Shown: positions 1 through 8,197, numbered from the stretch's first letter. The stretch is 10,796 nucleotides of DNA from an uncultured Aquificales bacterium (GCA_964453345.1 CAYVOC010000045.1:1-10796); one strand, 5' to 3'. Notes: generated by a model not told the origin, from the sequence alone. Made by a program: numbers and translations.

Positions 1-66
1 CGAGAATAGCTCTAAGATTTGTTCTTCATCTCCATCCCTGTATGTTCTTATAACAACGCTGCCCAT
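1..66 (-). CDS. 5' end of a probable GNAT-family N-acetyltransferase (partial, runs off left edge)
   Basis: Manual translation from ATG at 66 gives MGSVVIRTYRDGDEEQILELFS, open to the edge. 'IRxYRxGDEEQILELF' resembles the beta1-alpha1 start of GNAT folds. It starts 19 nt after the wzm stop, with TAAGGA 13 nt upstream. Only 22 aa are visible. Confidence 0.55.
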   Translation of the reverse strand, partial: MGSVVIRTYRDGDEEQILELFS

Positions 67-85
67 GGCGGAAGAGAATTCCTTA

Positions 86-895
86 CTATAGGACATCTGC
101 AAAACCTCTCTTCAGATATTTGAAGATCATATACCCGCAGATCATAGTGGCAAAGGATGTTGCGAGAATGGTGATGAGTAATACAGTGTCAGGGTAGGAA
201 TATGCCAGCAGCGTTTCGCGATAGGCTTCCAGAAGCCAGGTCCATAGGTTCAGTTTCATCACGAGCTTGTACTTGTCCGGAACCATATCCAAAGTATAGA
301 TCACTGGGGTGGCGTAGAACCAGACCTGGAGGGCAACCGACAGAAACTGGACAAGGTCCCTAAGGTATACCGTGAGGGCTGAGAGAACCGCCCCCATGCC
401 AATGGATACAGCAAACTGGCAGACGTAACATAGGAGAACAAAAAAGCTTAAGAAGAAAGCTTTCCAGAAGGGTATATGCGCTGTTATTAAAGCCTTAAGC
501 AGACAGTATCCCACCAGCATTGCAAAGGGGACGAGGTATATGAGGTATATGGCGAGCACATTTCCCACAACCACGCTGAAGATGGGAAAGCTTATTTTCT
601 TTATGGCGTCTCTATTTTCCACCACGCTAACAGCCGCCTTTATAAGTGATTCCTGAAACTGGGCCCAAGGGATAAATCCGGATATCATAAATAGGGTGTA
701 GGAGCTTTCACCTTTTCCCAGTTTCACCTTGAACACAATGGAAAACAAAAATATGAAGATCAGCACCATAAGCAGCGGTTGGATGAGTGCTGTGATGGGG
801 CCTAAGATTGTTCCTGCTATTCTGTTTTTGATCTCCCTTCTGGCAAAGTAGAGGCTCAATTTTAGAAAGGCGGAAAGCTTAGGATGAAGTTTCAT
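86..895 (-). CDS. wzm: ABC-2 type polysaccharide export permease (Wzm/RfbA/TagG-like)
   Basis: 269 aa, about 6 hydrophobic segments. Motifs typical of Wzm: 'RREIKNRIAGTILG..ALIQPLL', 'SGFIPW..FQESL', 'IKKISFP', 'LTVYLRDL.QF', 'WFYATPVIY', 'KLNLWT.LLEAYR' and C-terminal 'KRGFADVL'. GGGAGG lies just upstream of the ATG. Overlaps the upstream gene by 17 nt. Confidence 0.9.
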   Translation of the reverse strand: MKLHPKLSAFLKLSLYFARREIKNRIAGTILGPITALIQPLLMVLIFIFLFSIVFKVKLGKGESSYTLFMISGFIPWAQFQESLIKAAVSVVENRDAIKKISFPIFSVVVGNVLAIYLIYLVPFAMLVGYCLLKALITAHIPFWKAFFLSFFVLLCYVCQFAVSIGMGAVLSALTVYLRDLVQFLSVALQVWFYATPVIYTLDMVPDKYKLVMKLNLWTWLLEAYRETLLAYSYPDTVLLITILATSFATMICGYMIFKYLKRGFADVL

Positions 896-1325
896 ATTCC
901 TCCCATAGAGTTAGCTTTTTGGGGTCTATTGTGTAGTTCCATGATCCAAGTTTGACTATAAGTTTGGGGAAGGAGGGCACTCCTGAGATGGTGAATACCA
1001 TCCTTTCCTCAACTTCTGCCAGTTCATCATCCCTTTCTGCATAACACCTTGTTCCTTTGGGTAACTTTACGTTCCATTTCACGTCCTTCCAGCTAAATTC
1101 AACCTTAGAGCAATCCGGATGAACCGTTATACTGACGGGTTCACCGCTGACCAGACTCCTGTAAACGCTGAGCCTCAATCCTTCAGCCAGGGCCCTTACC
1201 CTTTGTTTGAACTCGGACCTTCTTATTCCCCTCACCCAGGCAAGAACAAGGGAGGCGGACATGGCCATTATCACAATGACCACCAGAATCTCTATTAGAG
1301 TGAAACCTGCGGTTCTACCTTTCAC
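879..1325 (-). CDS. gspH: Minor pseudopilin, GspH/FimT-like
   Basis: GTG start. Prepilin cleavage/methylation motif 'MKGRTAG|FTLIEILVVIVIMAMSASLV' with E+5. 'RALAEGLRLSVYRSLVSGEPVSITV' and 'MVFTISG' resemble GspH features. 148 aa. Assignment to H specifically rests on motif resemblance and size. Confidence 0.7.
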   Translation of the reverse strand: MKGRTAGFTLIEILVVIVIMAMSASLVLAWVRGIRRSEFKQRVRALAEGLRLSVYRSLVSGEPVSITVHPDCSKVEFSWKDVKWNVKLPKGTRCYAERDDELAEVEERMVFTISGVPSFPKLIVKLGSWNYTIDPKKLTLWEEYETSS

Positions 1326-3306
1326 CGGGCTTCTTCTCCAGCAGGTTCCTGAGCTTTGTCTTGAAGATGTTTGAGATTACATCCGCCTTGGATACCGAGT
1401 CTATAACGTGTGGAGTTATCATTATTATCAGCTCGGTGTTGTTCTTCTCCCTGCTTTCGTAGGAGAAGAGCTTGCCTAAAAGGGGAATGTCTCCCAATAG
1501 GGGCACCCTTTTAACCACCGTGTCGGTTCTTCTGTCTATTATGCCTCCAAGAACGATGGTGTGTTCGTTCTGGACCATAAGGGTTGTGTTTATCTTTCTG
1601 GTAAGGATAACCGGCGAGTCTATGCCGGACACGGTGTTCTTTTCCGCAGAGCTGCTTTCTTGAGAGATCTCTAAGGTTACAAAGCCCTCTTCGCTAACAT
1701 GGGGCTTTACCTTGAGGATGACACCGACGTTTCTGTATTCTATCTTCCTGTCTATACCGGCGGATCCCTGTATATCCACTGAGCTGACGGTTTCTGTGCT
1801 GAGAATAGGCACCTCTTTTCCAACGTCTATGGAGGCTTCCTCGTTGTCCCTGACCAGTATATGGGGAGAGGAGAGCACCGTGAGGTTTGTGTTTGTGGAG
1901 AGGAAGTACAGGAAGTTCCAGAAATTATCCGGATTCAGTCCGTAGTAGGTGAAGCCAAAGAGGTTCTGTCTGGATCCGGCAAGCCCGTAGGTTATGGCCG
2001 CTTCTCCTGTGAAGGTGTTGCCATGGGCCTTAAGCCACCATTCAACCCCGTTTTCCAGTTGTTTGTTAAGGGTGACCTCTGCTATGAGGACCTCTATGAG
2101 CACCTGGCGGGGCATGGTGTCCATGGCTGAAATGATGGTTTTTATCTTTTTGTAGTCCTCTTGCGAAGCTTCTATTATCAGGGCGTTGTTTGTCTCATCT
2201 GGAACTATCACCACATTTGACGAGACTATGGCAGGCGATTCTTTTTTACTCTTTTTCTTGGAAGAGGTCGGAGCTATTGCACTTTTGCCTGTCAAAAGTT
2301 CTCTCAAAGTTTCAGCGATCTTCTTTACCTTAACATACTGAACCTTATAGATGTAGATATTGCGTTCGCTCTTTTCCTCCCCGCTGTCCAGCAGCTTTAC
2401 AAGACTGGTTATGCGTTCCATTAGGGCGTCTGAGGAAGCAACCGCTATCAGGTATCCCAGCCTGTCCACAGGGACCATCTGGTATAGTCCTCTTTCTATG
2501 CGCAGGGACTTGAGCACATTGTTCACTTCCTTTGCCACGCTTGAGGGTTCGGCATTCTTAAGCTCGAAAATCTTTACGGCGTAGCCCCTGAAGGGGTCTA
2601 CATCCACCACCTTTATCAGATGCAACATTCTTTTCAGATTCTTGGGGTAATCAACCACAATCAGAATAGAGCCCGCCATCTTCACCGTGGATTCAGGTCC
2701 GGAGAATTCCCTCAGTATGTTGAGGGCGGTTCTCGGGGAGATGTTTTCCGGTTTATATACCCACCATCCCACAGTTGAGGAAACAGAAGGCCTTGGATGG
2801 GTTCTCGCCTTCTTTACCACAACCACCCCATCGTAAATGTTCATGGAGACGCCCCAGGTCTGCAGGATATCCTTGAGGATGCTGAGAAGCTCTGATTCGC
2901 TGAACCTGCCGTTGAGGATAACGGTCACCGTCCTGTCCAGATTCGTTTCCACTACCAGGTTCTTCTTCAGGGTGTTCTTCACTATGTTTACCAGAAGGTC
3001 GTATAGGGGGATGTTATCGTAGGAGACGGAGATATTATACTTTTTTCTTTTTGATCCTATCCCCGGTATGTAGTGTTTGCTTATGGAACCTGTCTTTTTG
3101 GAGTAGACTATCTTTGTTTCTTCCTTTTCCTTTTTTAGCTTTTCGGTTATCAGGTGTTCTTCCCTTGGCTTGGTTTTTACAGGCAGGGAACCTTCCGGGA
3201 TGATCCTGAGTCGGGTGTCCTTTATGGAGTATCCGCTTCTATGGGCGCATGCACTCAGTATCAGGGAAACAATCAGAAGGGCAATCGGACTAAGCTTTCT
3301 CTTCAT
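1315..3306 (-). CDS. gspD: T2SS secretin GspD, lipoprotein type
   Basis: 663 aa. N0 domain, repeated Secretin_N domains ('IYIYKVQYVKVKKIAETL', 'IVPDETNNALII'), and secretin domain ('MDTMPRQVLIEVLIAEV', 'LSSPHILVRDNEEASIDVGKEVP', 'GVILKVKPHV', 'VPLLGDIPLLGKLF', 'TELIIMITPHVI'). Signal peptide ends in lipobox LSA-C20. GGAGG RBS 7 nt upstream. Confidence 0.96.
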   Translation of the reverse strand: MKRKLSPIALLIVSLILSACAHRSGYSIKDTRLRIIPEGSLPVKTKPREEHLITEKLKKEKEETKIVYSKKTGSISKHYIPGIGSKRKKYNISVSYDNIPLYDLLVNIVKNTLKKNLVVETNLDRTVTVILNGRFSESELLSILKDILQTWGVSMNIYDGVVVVKKARTHPRPSVSSTVGWWVYKPENISPRTALNILREFSGPESTVKMAGSILIVVDYPKNLKRMLHLIKVVDVDPFRGYAVKIFELKNAEPSSVAKEVNNVLKSLRIERGLYQMVPVDRLGYLIAVASSDALMERITSLVKLLDSGEEKSERNIYIYKVQYVKVKKIAETLRELLTGKSAIAPTSSKKKSKKESPAIVSSNVVIVPDETNNALIIEASQEDYKKIKTIISAMDTMPRQVLIEVLIAEVTLNKQLENGVEWWLKAHGNTFTGEAAITYGLAGSRQNLFGFTYYGLNPDNFWNFLYFLSTNTNLTVLSSPHILVRDNEEASIDVGKEVPILSTETVSSVDIQGSAGIDRKIEYRNVGVILKVKPHVSEEGFVTLEISQESSSAEKNTVSGIDSPVILTRKINTTLMVQNEHTIVLGGIIDRRTDTVVKRVPLLGDIPLLGKLFSYESREKNNTELIIMITPHVIDSVSKADVISNIFKTKLRNLLEKKPGER

Positions 3307-3865
3307 TAGCTTTCCTCCAGAGCGCCTTTATCTTCAGATAGGCCATCAGCTCATTGTTTTTGCCATGTCTGGAAGTGTAGATTACCGCATAGGTTATTCT
3401 CAAGCCCAGACTGGGGGCTGTCTGCTCAAACATATCCAGAAACTCTATAACGCGGCGCGGATTCCCTCTCACCCTTGCCCCTATGATGGAGACCATCACA
3501 CCGGACTTGTCCCTCCTTGAGGAGAGGGCCTGAACATACTCCACCCTGACCCCAGCCCTTTCCGCAATTTTGTTGACCGCTGTTTGAACCTTAACAAGGA
3601 CCAGAGCATCAGACTGTTCGGTGGGGATCTTCTTCTCCAAGAGGGAAAGCTTGCCTTCAAGCTTTTTGACTTCCCTTTCCAGTTCCACCTTCTGCTTCCT
3701 GTAGGTGTTTTCCCTTCTCAAGGAAAATTTCAAATCCTCTATAGAGGAAGAGATCCTACCGCTCTGGACCCAAAGATACACGTTGAAAAGAACCAGCACG
3801 GCCACTATCCCTGCAAAAAGCAGCTTTTCCTTTTTTTCCTTTATGTGGCTCAGTCGAAGATCCAC
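3290..3865 (-). CDS. gspM: T2SS assembly platform protein, GspM/PilO-like
   Basis: GTG start, 191 aa. Basic N-terminus 'KEKKEKLL', one TM helix, a coiled coil, then a ferredoxin-like pattern ('KVQTAVNKIAERAGVRV..V', 'GARVRGNPRRVIEFLDMFEQ'). Follows the GspL-like gene. Confidence 0.7.
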   Translation of the reverse strand: MDLRLSHIKEKKEKLLFAGIVAVLVLFNVYLWVQSGRISSSIEDLKFSLRRENTYRKQKVELEREVKKLEGKLSLLEKKIPTEQSDALVLVKVQTAVNKIAERAGVRVEYVQALSSRRDKSGVMVSIIGARVRGNPRRVIEFLDMFEQTAPSLGLRITYAVIYTSRHGKNNELMAYLKIKALWRKANEEKA

Positions 3866-3874
3866 CGCTGCTGC

Positions 3875-4924
3875 CTACCTTTGTTCCTTTAACTTCAATT
3901 TTAAGGCAAAGCTTTCCATGCCCTGATAGGGGCCCCTCTCCATGCGTTTTGATGCCCTTGTTATTTTGAGGCTCTCAATCCAGCCGGCTTTTTCCAACTG
4001 CTCCACAAGCTTGGAAAAGGAGGGTGTATACCCTTCTATGGAGACCCTGTTGTTATCCAAGTTAAATCTGACAAGCAGGGTTCCGTCCGGGACACTTTTG
4101 GAAAGTCTTGCCAGAATCTTTATTGGGGAGACACCTTTCTCAACTCTCTCTAACTCTTTTATCTTCTGTTCTAAGGCTTTTTTCTTTTCTTTTAGAGTGC
4201 TTATACTCTGCGAAAGTCTTCTCATTTTGCTGAGTCTGCCGGATAGTCTCTGAAATTCTCTCTTTTTCTCCAGTAACCTTGAGTAGTTCCACCAGGAGAA
4301 GGACAGAAGAGCTGCCATACAGGCAAAACCGGCAATTCTTTTCCAGTTTCTGCTGCTGGAAAAGGAAAGCCCCAGCGGGAAGAGCACATCGGGACATCTG
4401 GGTAAAACAACGGGAAGATCCGAGTAGCTCACCTCTATAAGCCCCTCGCTGCATGGGAAGGGAGTTCCGGCAGGGATCATATACACGTCTCTCAATCTGC
4501 CCGACTTTATAACCGCCACCTCGTGGTAATCCCCGTAGTCAATTCTAACCATGCCCTCTTCCACGCCCTTCTCCGTGGCGATAACTAACGAGGCCAAGGA
4601 TATTCCCGCGACATCCAGCCTTCTCTCTATGCACAGGGACTTTATCTCCTCTATAAGTGCGGATTCCATTGCCACAAGGAGTGCCTCTACCGTTTCCTCT
4701 TTCTCTTCAATGGGAAGGAACCTTGCCTTCAGACCCTCTACCCCGAAGAGCCTTTCCGCCTGATAAACGGCGGCTTCCTGTCCGTTTTCCAGAGCCAGTG
4801 CAGGGATGGTCACCCTGTCCGCGTATATTCTATCCCTTGGAACCACCACAACCGACTTGCATCCGGGTTCAGCTCTACCCACCAGTCTCCCTTCTTCGTA
4901 TTTCAGGATGAAGCATTTACTCAC
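3875..4924 (-). CDS. gspL: T2SS assembly platform protein GspL-like (cytoplasmic domain, TM, PilN-like periplasmic domain)
   Basis: GTG start, 349 aa. About 190 aa N-terminal cytoplasmic region ('VVVVPRDRIYADRVTIPA'), TM 'IAGFACMAALLSFSWW', coiled coil, and PilN-like domain 'ILARLSKSVPDGTLLVRFNLDNNRVSIEGYTPSFSKLVEQLEKAGWIESL'. Confidence 0.72.
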   Translation of the reverse strand: MSKCFILKYEEGRLVGRAEPGCKSVVVVPRDRIYADRVTIPALALENGQEAAVYQAERLFGVEGLKARFLPIEEKEETVEALLVAMESALIEEIKSLCIERRLDVAGISLASLVIATEKGVEEGMVRIDYGDYHEVAVIKSGRLRDVYMIPAGTPFPCSEGLIEVSYSDLPVVLPRCPDVLFPLGLSFSSSRNWKRIAGFACMAALLSFSWWNYSRLLEKKREFQRLSGRLSKMRRLSQSISTLKEKKKALEQKIKELERVEKGVSPIKILARLSKSVPDGTLLVRFNLDNNRVSIEGYTPSFSKLVEQLEKAGWIESLKITRASKRMERGPYQGMESFALKLKLKEQR

Positions 4925-5297
4925 CGGAAATCAGCTCCTTTAGCTTATCCCTTCCCACCTCAATTTTCACCAGCAGGGGCAGGCATTCATCGCACCCCTC
5001 TGGGATAGCGTAACGGGCTTCAACCTCCGTCTCTCCCTTCTCTTCTCCGTCCACAACAAGCTTTAAAGAAAGGCTTTTCTCTTCAATCCTGTAGGAGATG
5101 TCTTCCTCCTGTAGATCTGTCAGGATATTGAAGCAGAAGACCTGAAGCCTTGAAAGCCTCTCCAGCTGATGTCGTAAAAAGAGGATCCTTTTGGCTGAGG
5201 ATCCGAATATTTGGGAAACAACTGCAACTGTGAAGAAAAGAATAACGGCGGCTATGAGCGTTTCTATGAGGGAAAATCCATCAGACCTTGTAGGCAA
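4917..5297 (-). CDS. gspI: Minor pseudopilin, GspI-like
   Basis: TTG start preceded by GAGGTG. Motif 'MPTRSDG|FSLIETLIAAVILFFTVAVV' with E+5. 126 aa fits GspI. Assignment is by size and by elimination. Confidence 0.62.
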   Translation of the reverse strand: MPTRSDGFSLIETLIAAVILFFTVAVVSQIFGSSAKRILFLRHQLERLSRLQVFCFNILTDLQEEDISYRIEEKSLSLKLVVDGEEKGETEVEARYAIPEGCDECLPLLVKIEVGRDKLKELISGE

Positions 5298-6954
5298 CCC
5301 TCAACACCTCTTCTAACGTTGTTATGCCCCTTTTTACCTTTTCCAGACCACTTTCCACGAGGGTCTTCATCCCCTTTTTCCTTGCTATGGCCTTTATGGT
5401 TTCGGAGTCTGCGTTAGAGGTTATGGCCCTGCGTATTTCATCGTCCACCACGAGGATCTCGTATATGGCTGTTCTGCCGGCGTAGCCGGTTCCTCTGCAG
5501 CTATCGCACCCTCTGCCTCTGAAGACCTTGCCCTCAATACCGAATCTCTCCGCCAGATCCTCTGGAACCTCCGTTTCCTCCCTGCAGTTCGGGCATATAA
5601 CCCTGACCAGCCTCTGGGCTACAACCCCTATCAGAGCGGATGCCACAAGGAAATCCTCCATCCCCATGTCTATTAATCTTGTGGGAGCGCTTGCGGCATC
5701 GTTGGTGTGCAGGGTGGAAAGGACCAGATGACCGGTGAGGGCTGCGTGGATGGCTATGTCAGCGGTCTCCCTGTCCCTGATCTCGCCCACCATTATGATG
5801 TCCGGATCCTGCCTGACTATGGAACGTAGTCCAGTTGAGAAGGTGAGTCCCGCCTGGGGATTGACCTGTATCTGCACCACTCCAGGGAGAACATACTCAA
5901 CCGGATCCTCTATGGTTATGATCTTCACCCCCGGCCTGTTCAGCTTTTTCAGGGCAGAGTAGAGGGTGGTGGTTTTACCGGATCCCGTTGGGCCAGTTAC
6001 CAGTATCATCCCGTGGCTTGCCGATATCAAATCCAGAAAGACCTTCTTGTCCTCGTCTGAGAGTCCAATCTTGTCTATATCCCAGTCCTCTTTTTCTTTA
6101 TCGAGCAGCCTCATAACCACCTGCTCCCCGTAGATGGTGGGGAGGGTGGCCACCCTTATATCAAGCTCCCTTCCGGCAACCTTTGTCTTTATCCTGCCGT
6201 CCTGAGGGGTTCTTCTATTGGCTATATCAAGGCGGGACATTATCTTGATCCTCGAAACAACCGCCGGCAGAAGCTGACGGGGAAGGGTATCGACTTCCCT
6301 CAGGACTCCATCCACCCGGTATCGGACCCTCACTTTATCTTCAAAGGGCTCGATGTGAATATCGCTGGCACCACTCTCAGCTGCCCTTGAGATAATCATG
6401 TTGACGAGCCTTATGACGGGGGCTTCAGAAGCGAGATCTATGAGGGCTTCCACATCCTCTTCGCCCACCTCAACATTCAGTTCCTCTTCGTGCTTTCCGT
6501 AGAGCTTATTTATGGCAGACTCTATCCTCTCCTCGGTGGACAGATAGGGAATGACCCTGCGTCCAGTTCTTCTGAACACATACTCCAAGGCGTATAGATC
6601 CGCAGGATTCGCAAGCGCCACAAGAATATCCCCGTTCCTCTCGGCGAAGGGGACGAACTTCTTGGACCTCATGATATAGGGATCAAGCTCCGGCATGGCT
6701 GTAGCCGAAATATCGCCATCCTCGAGCAGGGTGTAGGGGATCCCATACATTTCGCTGAGCTTGGCCAGGAATGTGTCTTCGGAAATAGTGCCGGAAACCA
6801 GAAGTTTCCTGCCGGCCTCTTCAAGGGATGTGCAGGTCCCTACAACGGAAGCCTCCCTTTCCGTGACCTCCCAGAAATCTGCTATCTCTTTAACTGAGAG
6901 CCCTGGGGATTCCTCACTGCTTCTTTCCTTCCTTGCGAATATTCCCTTAAGCAT
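5281..6954 (-). CDS. gspE: T2SS traffic ATPase GspE (PulE/PilB family)
   Basis: 557 aa. 'ASDIHIEP', 'RYRVDGVL', 'PQDGR', Walker A 'GPTGSGKTTT', Asp box 'TIEDPVEY', Walker B 'RQDPDIIMVGEIRD', His box 'TGHLVLSTLHTND', and Zn tetracysteine CPNC...CDSC. Extended N1E/MshEN-type N-terminus. Confidence 0.97.
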   Translation of the reverse strand: MLKGIFARKERSSEESPGLSVKEIADFWEVTEREASVVGTCTSLEEAGRKLLVSGTISEDTFLAKLSEMYGIPYTLLEDGDISATAMPELDPYIMRSKKFVPFAERNGDILVALANPADLYALEYVFRRTGRRVIPYLSTEERIESAINKLYGKHEEELNVEVGEEDVEALIDLASEAPVIRLVNMIISRAAESGASDIHIEPFEDKVRVRYRVDGVLREVDTLPRQLLPAVVSRIKIMSRLDIANRRTPQDGRIKTKVAGRELDIRVATLPTIYGEQVVMRLLDKEKEDWDIDKIGLSDEDKKVFLDLISASHGMILVTGPTGSGKTTTLYSALKKLNRPGVKIITIEDPVEYVLPGVVQIQVNPQAGLTFSTGLRSIVRQDPDIIMVGEIRDRETADIAIHAALTGHLVLSTLHTNDAASAPTRLIDMGMEDFLVASALIGVVAQRLVRVICPNCREETEVPEDLAERFGIEGKVFRGRGCDSCRGTGYAGRTAIYEILVVDDEIRRAITSNADSETIKAIARKKGMKTLVESGLEKVKRGITTLEEVLRVAYKV

Positions 6955-7781
6955 CAGTAAAACCTCAGCGTCTTGTTCTTTTCAGCGTCCCAGACGAATT
7001 TTACTTTAACAGGAATTTCGGCGTTCCATAAAGTGACTTCGTAAACCTTTGACGGCGAAAAGGAAAGCCATTTAACAGCCTCTTCAGGAACCGATACGAT
7101 GGAGGAAAGCTCATCCAGACTCTTTATCCTCTCTTCTTTCCTTTTCTCCAGGATCCTTTCCACATCCTCTTTGGTAAATCCCAGGTTGATAAGGGTCTCT
7201 CTATCAGCTGTGTTGATGTCTATCTTGCCCTTACCGTAGATAGAAAGCACCGAGGAGAGGCACCTGTAAAGCTCGTGGGTTATTCCCCTGACGTAAAGCA
7301 GCTCCTCCGTGGAGAGAAAGGGGCCATTCCGCGGCTCATAGGGAAGGGGCAAATTTTGATAATACTCCTTCTCCGCTCCGTTCAGCCTCCTTCTATCGTC
7401 CTTGTCCGTCCAGTCCATGAGAGAATCCAGAATTATGGACATCTCCTCCCCTTCCTGAAGCCCGCAGTTTTCCAAAAGCTGCCTCCAGTCTTCCTCCTTC
7501 AGGGCGTTGGGGTTTAAACGGCTTCCCACATCCTTCCACTCCACCACCCAGGTGGAATTCCCTATCACGAGCGAAAATTTCCCCTGCCCTAAATCCGAAA
7601 AGTTTCCCGATGTTATAACCCCCTTTGCAAGCTCGTAAACAGCCTTAACTTCAGGATAGTAAGCAGTTTCGTAAACGTGATCCTTAACGGCGGAATAGGA
7701 AAAGAGGGAGAAAAAGTTCAAAAAAAATCCGAGCGAAAGAACAACGGCCCCTACCCAGAGGGCGAACAGAAGGGAAAACAT
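6954..7781 (-). CDS. gspK: Minor pseudopilin GspK
   Basis: 275 aa. N-terminal hydrophobic helix 'FSLLFALWV', 'KDVGSRLNPN', Ca-binding region 'DSLMDWTDKDD...GAEKEYY', 'PRNGPFLSTEELLYVRGIT', and 'KIDINTA'. TAATG overlap with gspG and TGATG overlap with gspE. Confidence 0.9.
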   Translation of the reverse strand: MFSLLFALWVGAVVLSLGFFLNFFSLFSYSAVKDHVYETAYYPEVKAVYELAKGVITSGNFSDLGQGKFSLVIGNSTWVVEWKDVGSRLNPNALKEEDWRQLLENCGLQEGEEMSIILDSLMDWTDKDDRRRLNGAEKEYYQNLPLPYEPRNGPFLSTEELLYVRGITHELYRCLSSVLSIYGKGKIDINTADRETLINLGFTKEDVERILEKRKEERIKSLDELSSIVSVPEEAVKWLSFSPSKVYEVTLWNAEIPVKVKFVWDAEKNKTLRFY

Positions 7782-8197
7782 TAATCCCAGCTTGTTATGT
7801 CAGCGTTCTCTCCCTTGCCGCCGGGTTTGCCGTCTGCTCCCAAGGAATAAAGATCATACTCCCCGTGTTCTCCGGGGCACTTGTATACAAAGTCCCTGCC
7901 CCATGGGTCCTTGGGAATCTTATTCTTCTTAAGATAGGGACCATTCCAGCCTGGGATGCCCGGATCCTTCACAAGGGCCTCAAGCCCCTCTTCCGTGGTT
8001 GGATACCTTCCGGTGTCAAGCTTGAACTGATCAAGGGCAGAGGAGAGCATCTCTATCTGGGTCTTGGCTATCTTCTGCTTGGACTGCCCCAACCTGTTTA
8101 GAACCCTGGGAGCAACCAGGGCGGCCAGTAAACCAAGGATGACCAGAACCACCATAAGCTCTATAAGGGTGAACCCTTCCGAATCCTTAAGCCTCAT
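7781..8197 (-). CDS. gspG: Major pseudopilin GspG
   Basis: 138 aa. 'EG|FTLIELMVVLVILGLLAALVAPRV', 'LDQFKLDTGRYPTTEEGLEALV', 'WNGPYLKK..PKDPWG', and Ca-binding 'SLGADGKPGGKGENADI'. Strong RBS GAGGTGA overlapping the gspF stop. Confidence 0.97.
   Translation of the reverse strand: MRLKDSEGFTLIELMVVLVILGLLAALVAPRVLNRLGQSKQKIAKTQIEMLSSALDQFKLDTGRYPTTEEGLEALVKDPGIPGWNGPYLKKNKIPKDPWGRDFVYKCPGEHGEYDLYSLGADGKPGGKGENADITSWD

Noticed and set aside
4140-4454. Minus-strand ORFs 4140-4454 and 4222-4410
   Set aside because: Alternative frames nested in the intact gspL-like gene, with no motifs and no sign of a frameshift.
7720-7727. A8 homopolymer near the 5' end of gspK as a possible phase-variation site
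   Set aside because: Short run encoding Phe-Phe-Leu in a hydrophobic segment, with the frame intact.
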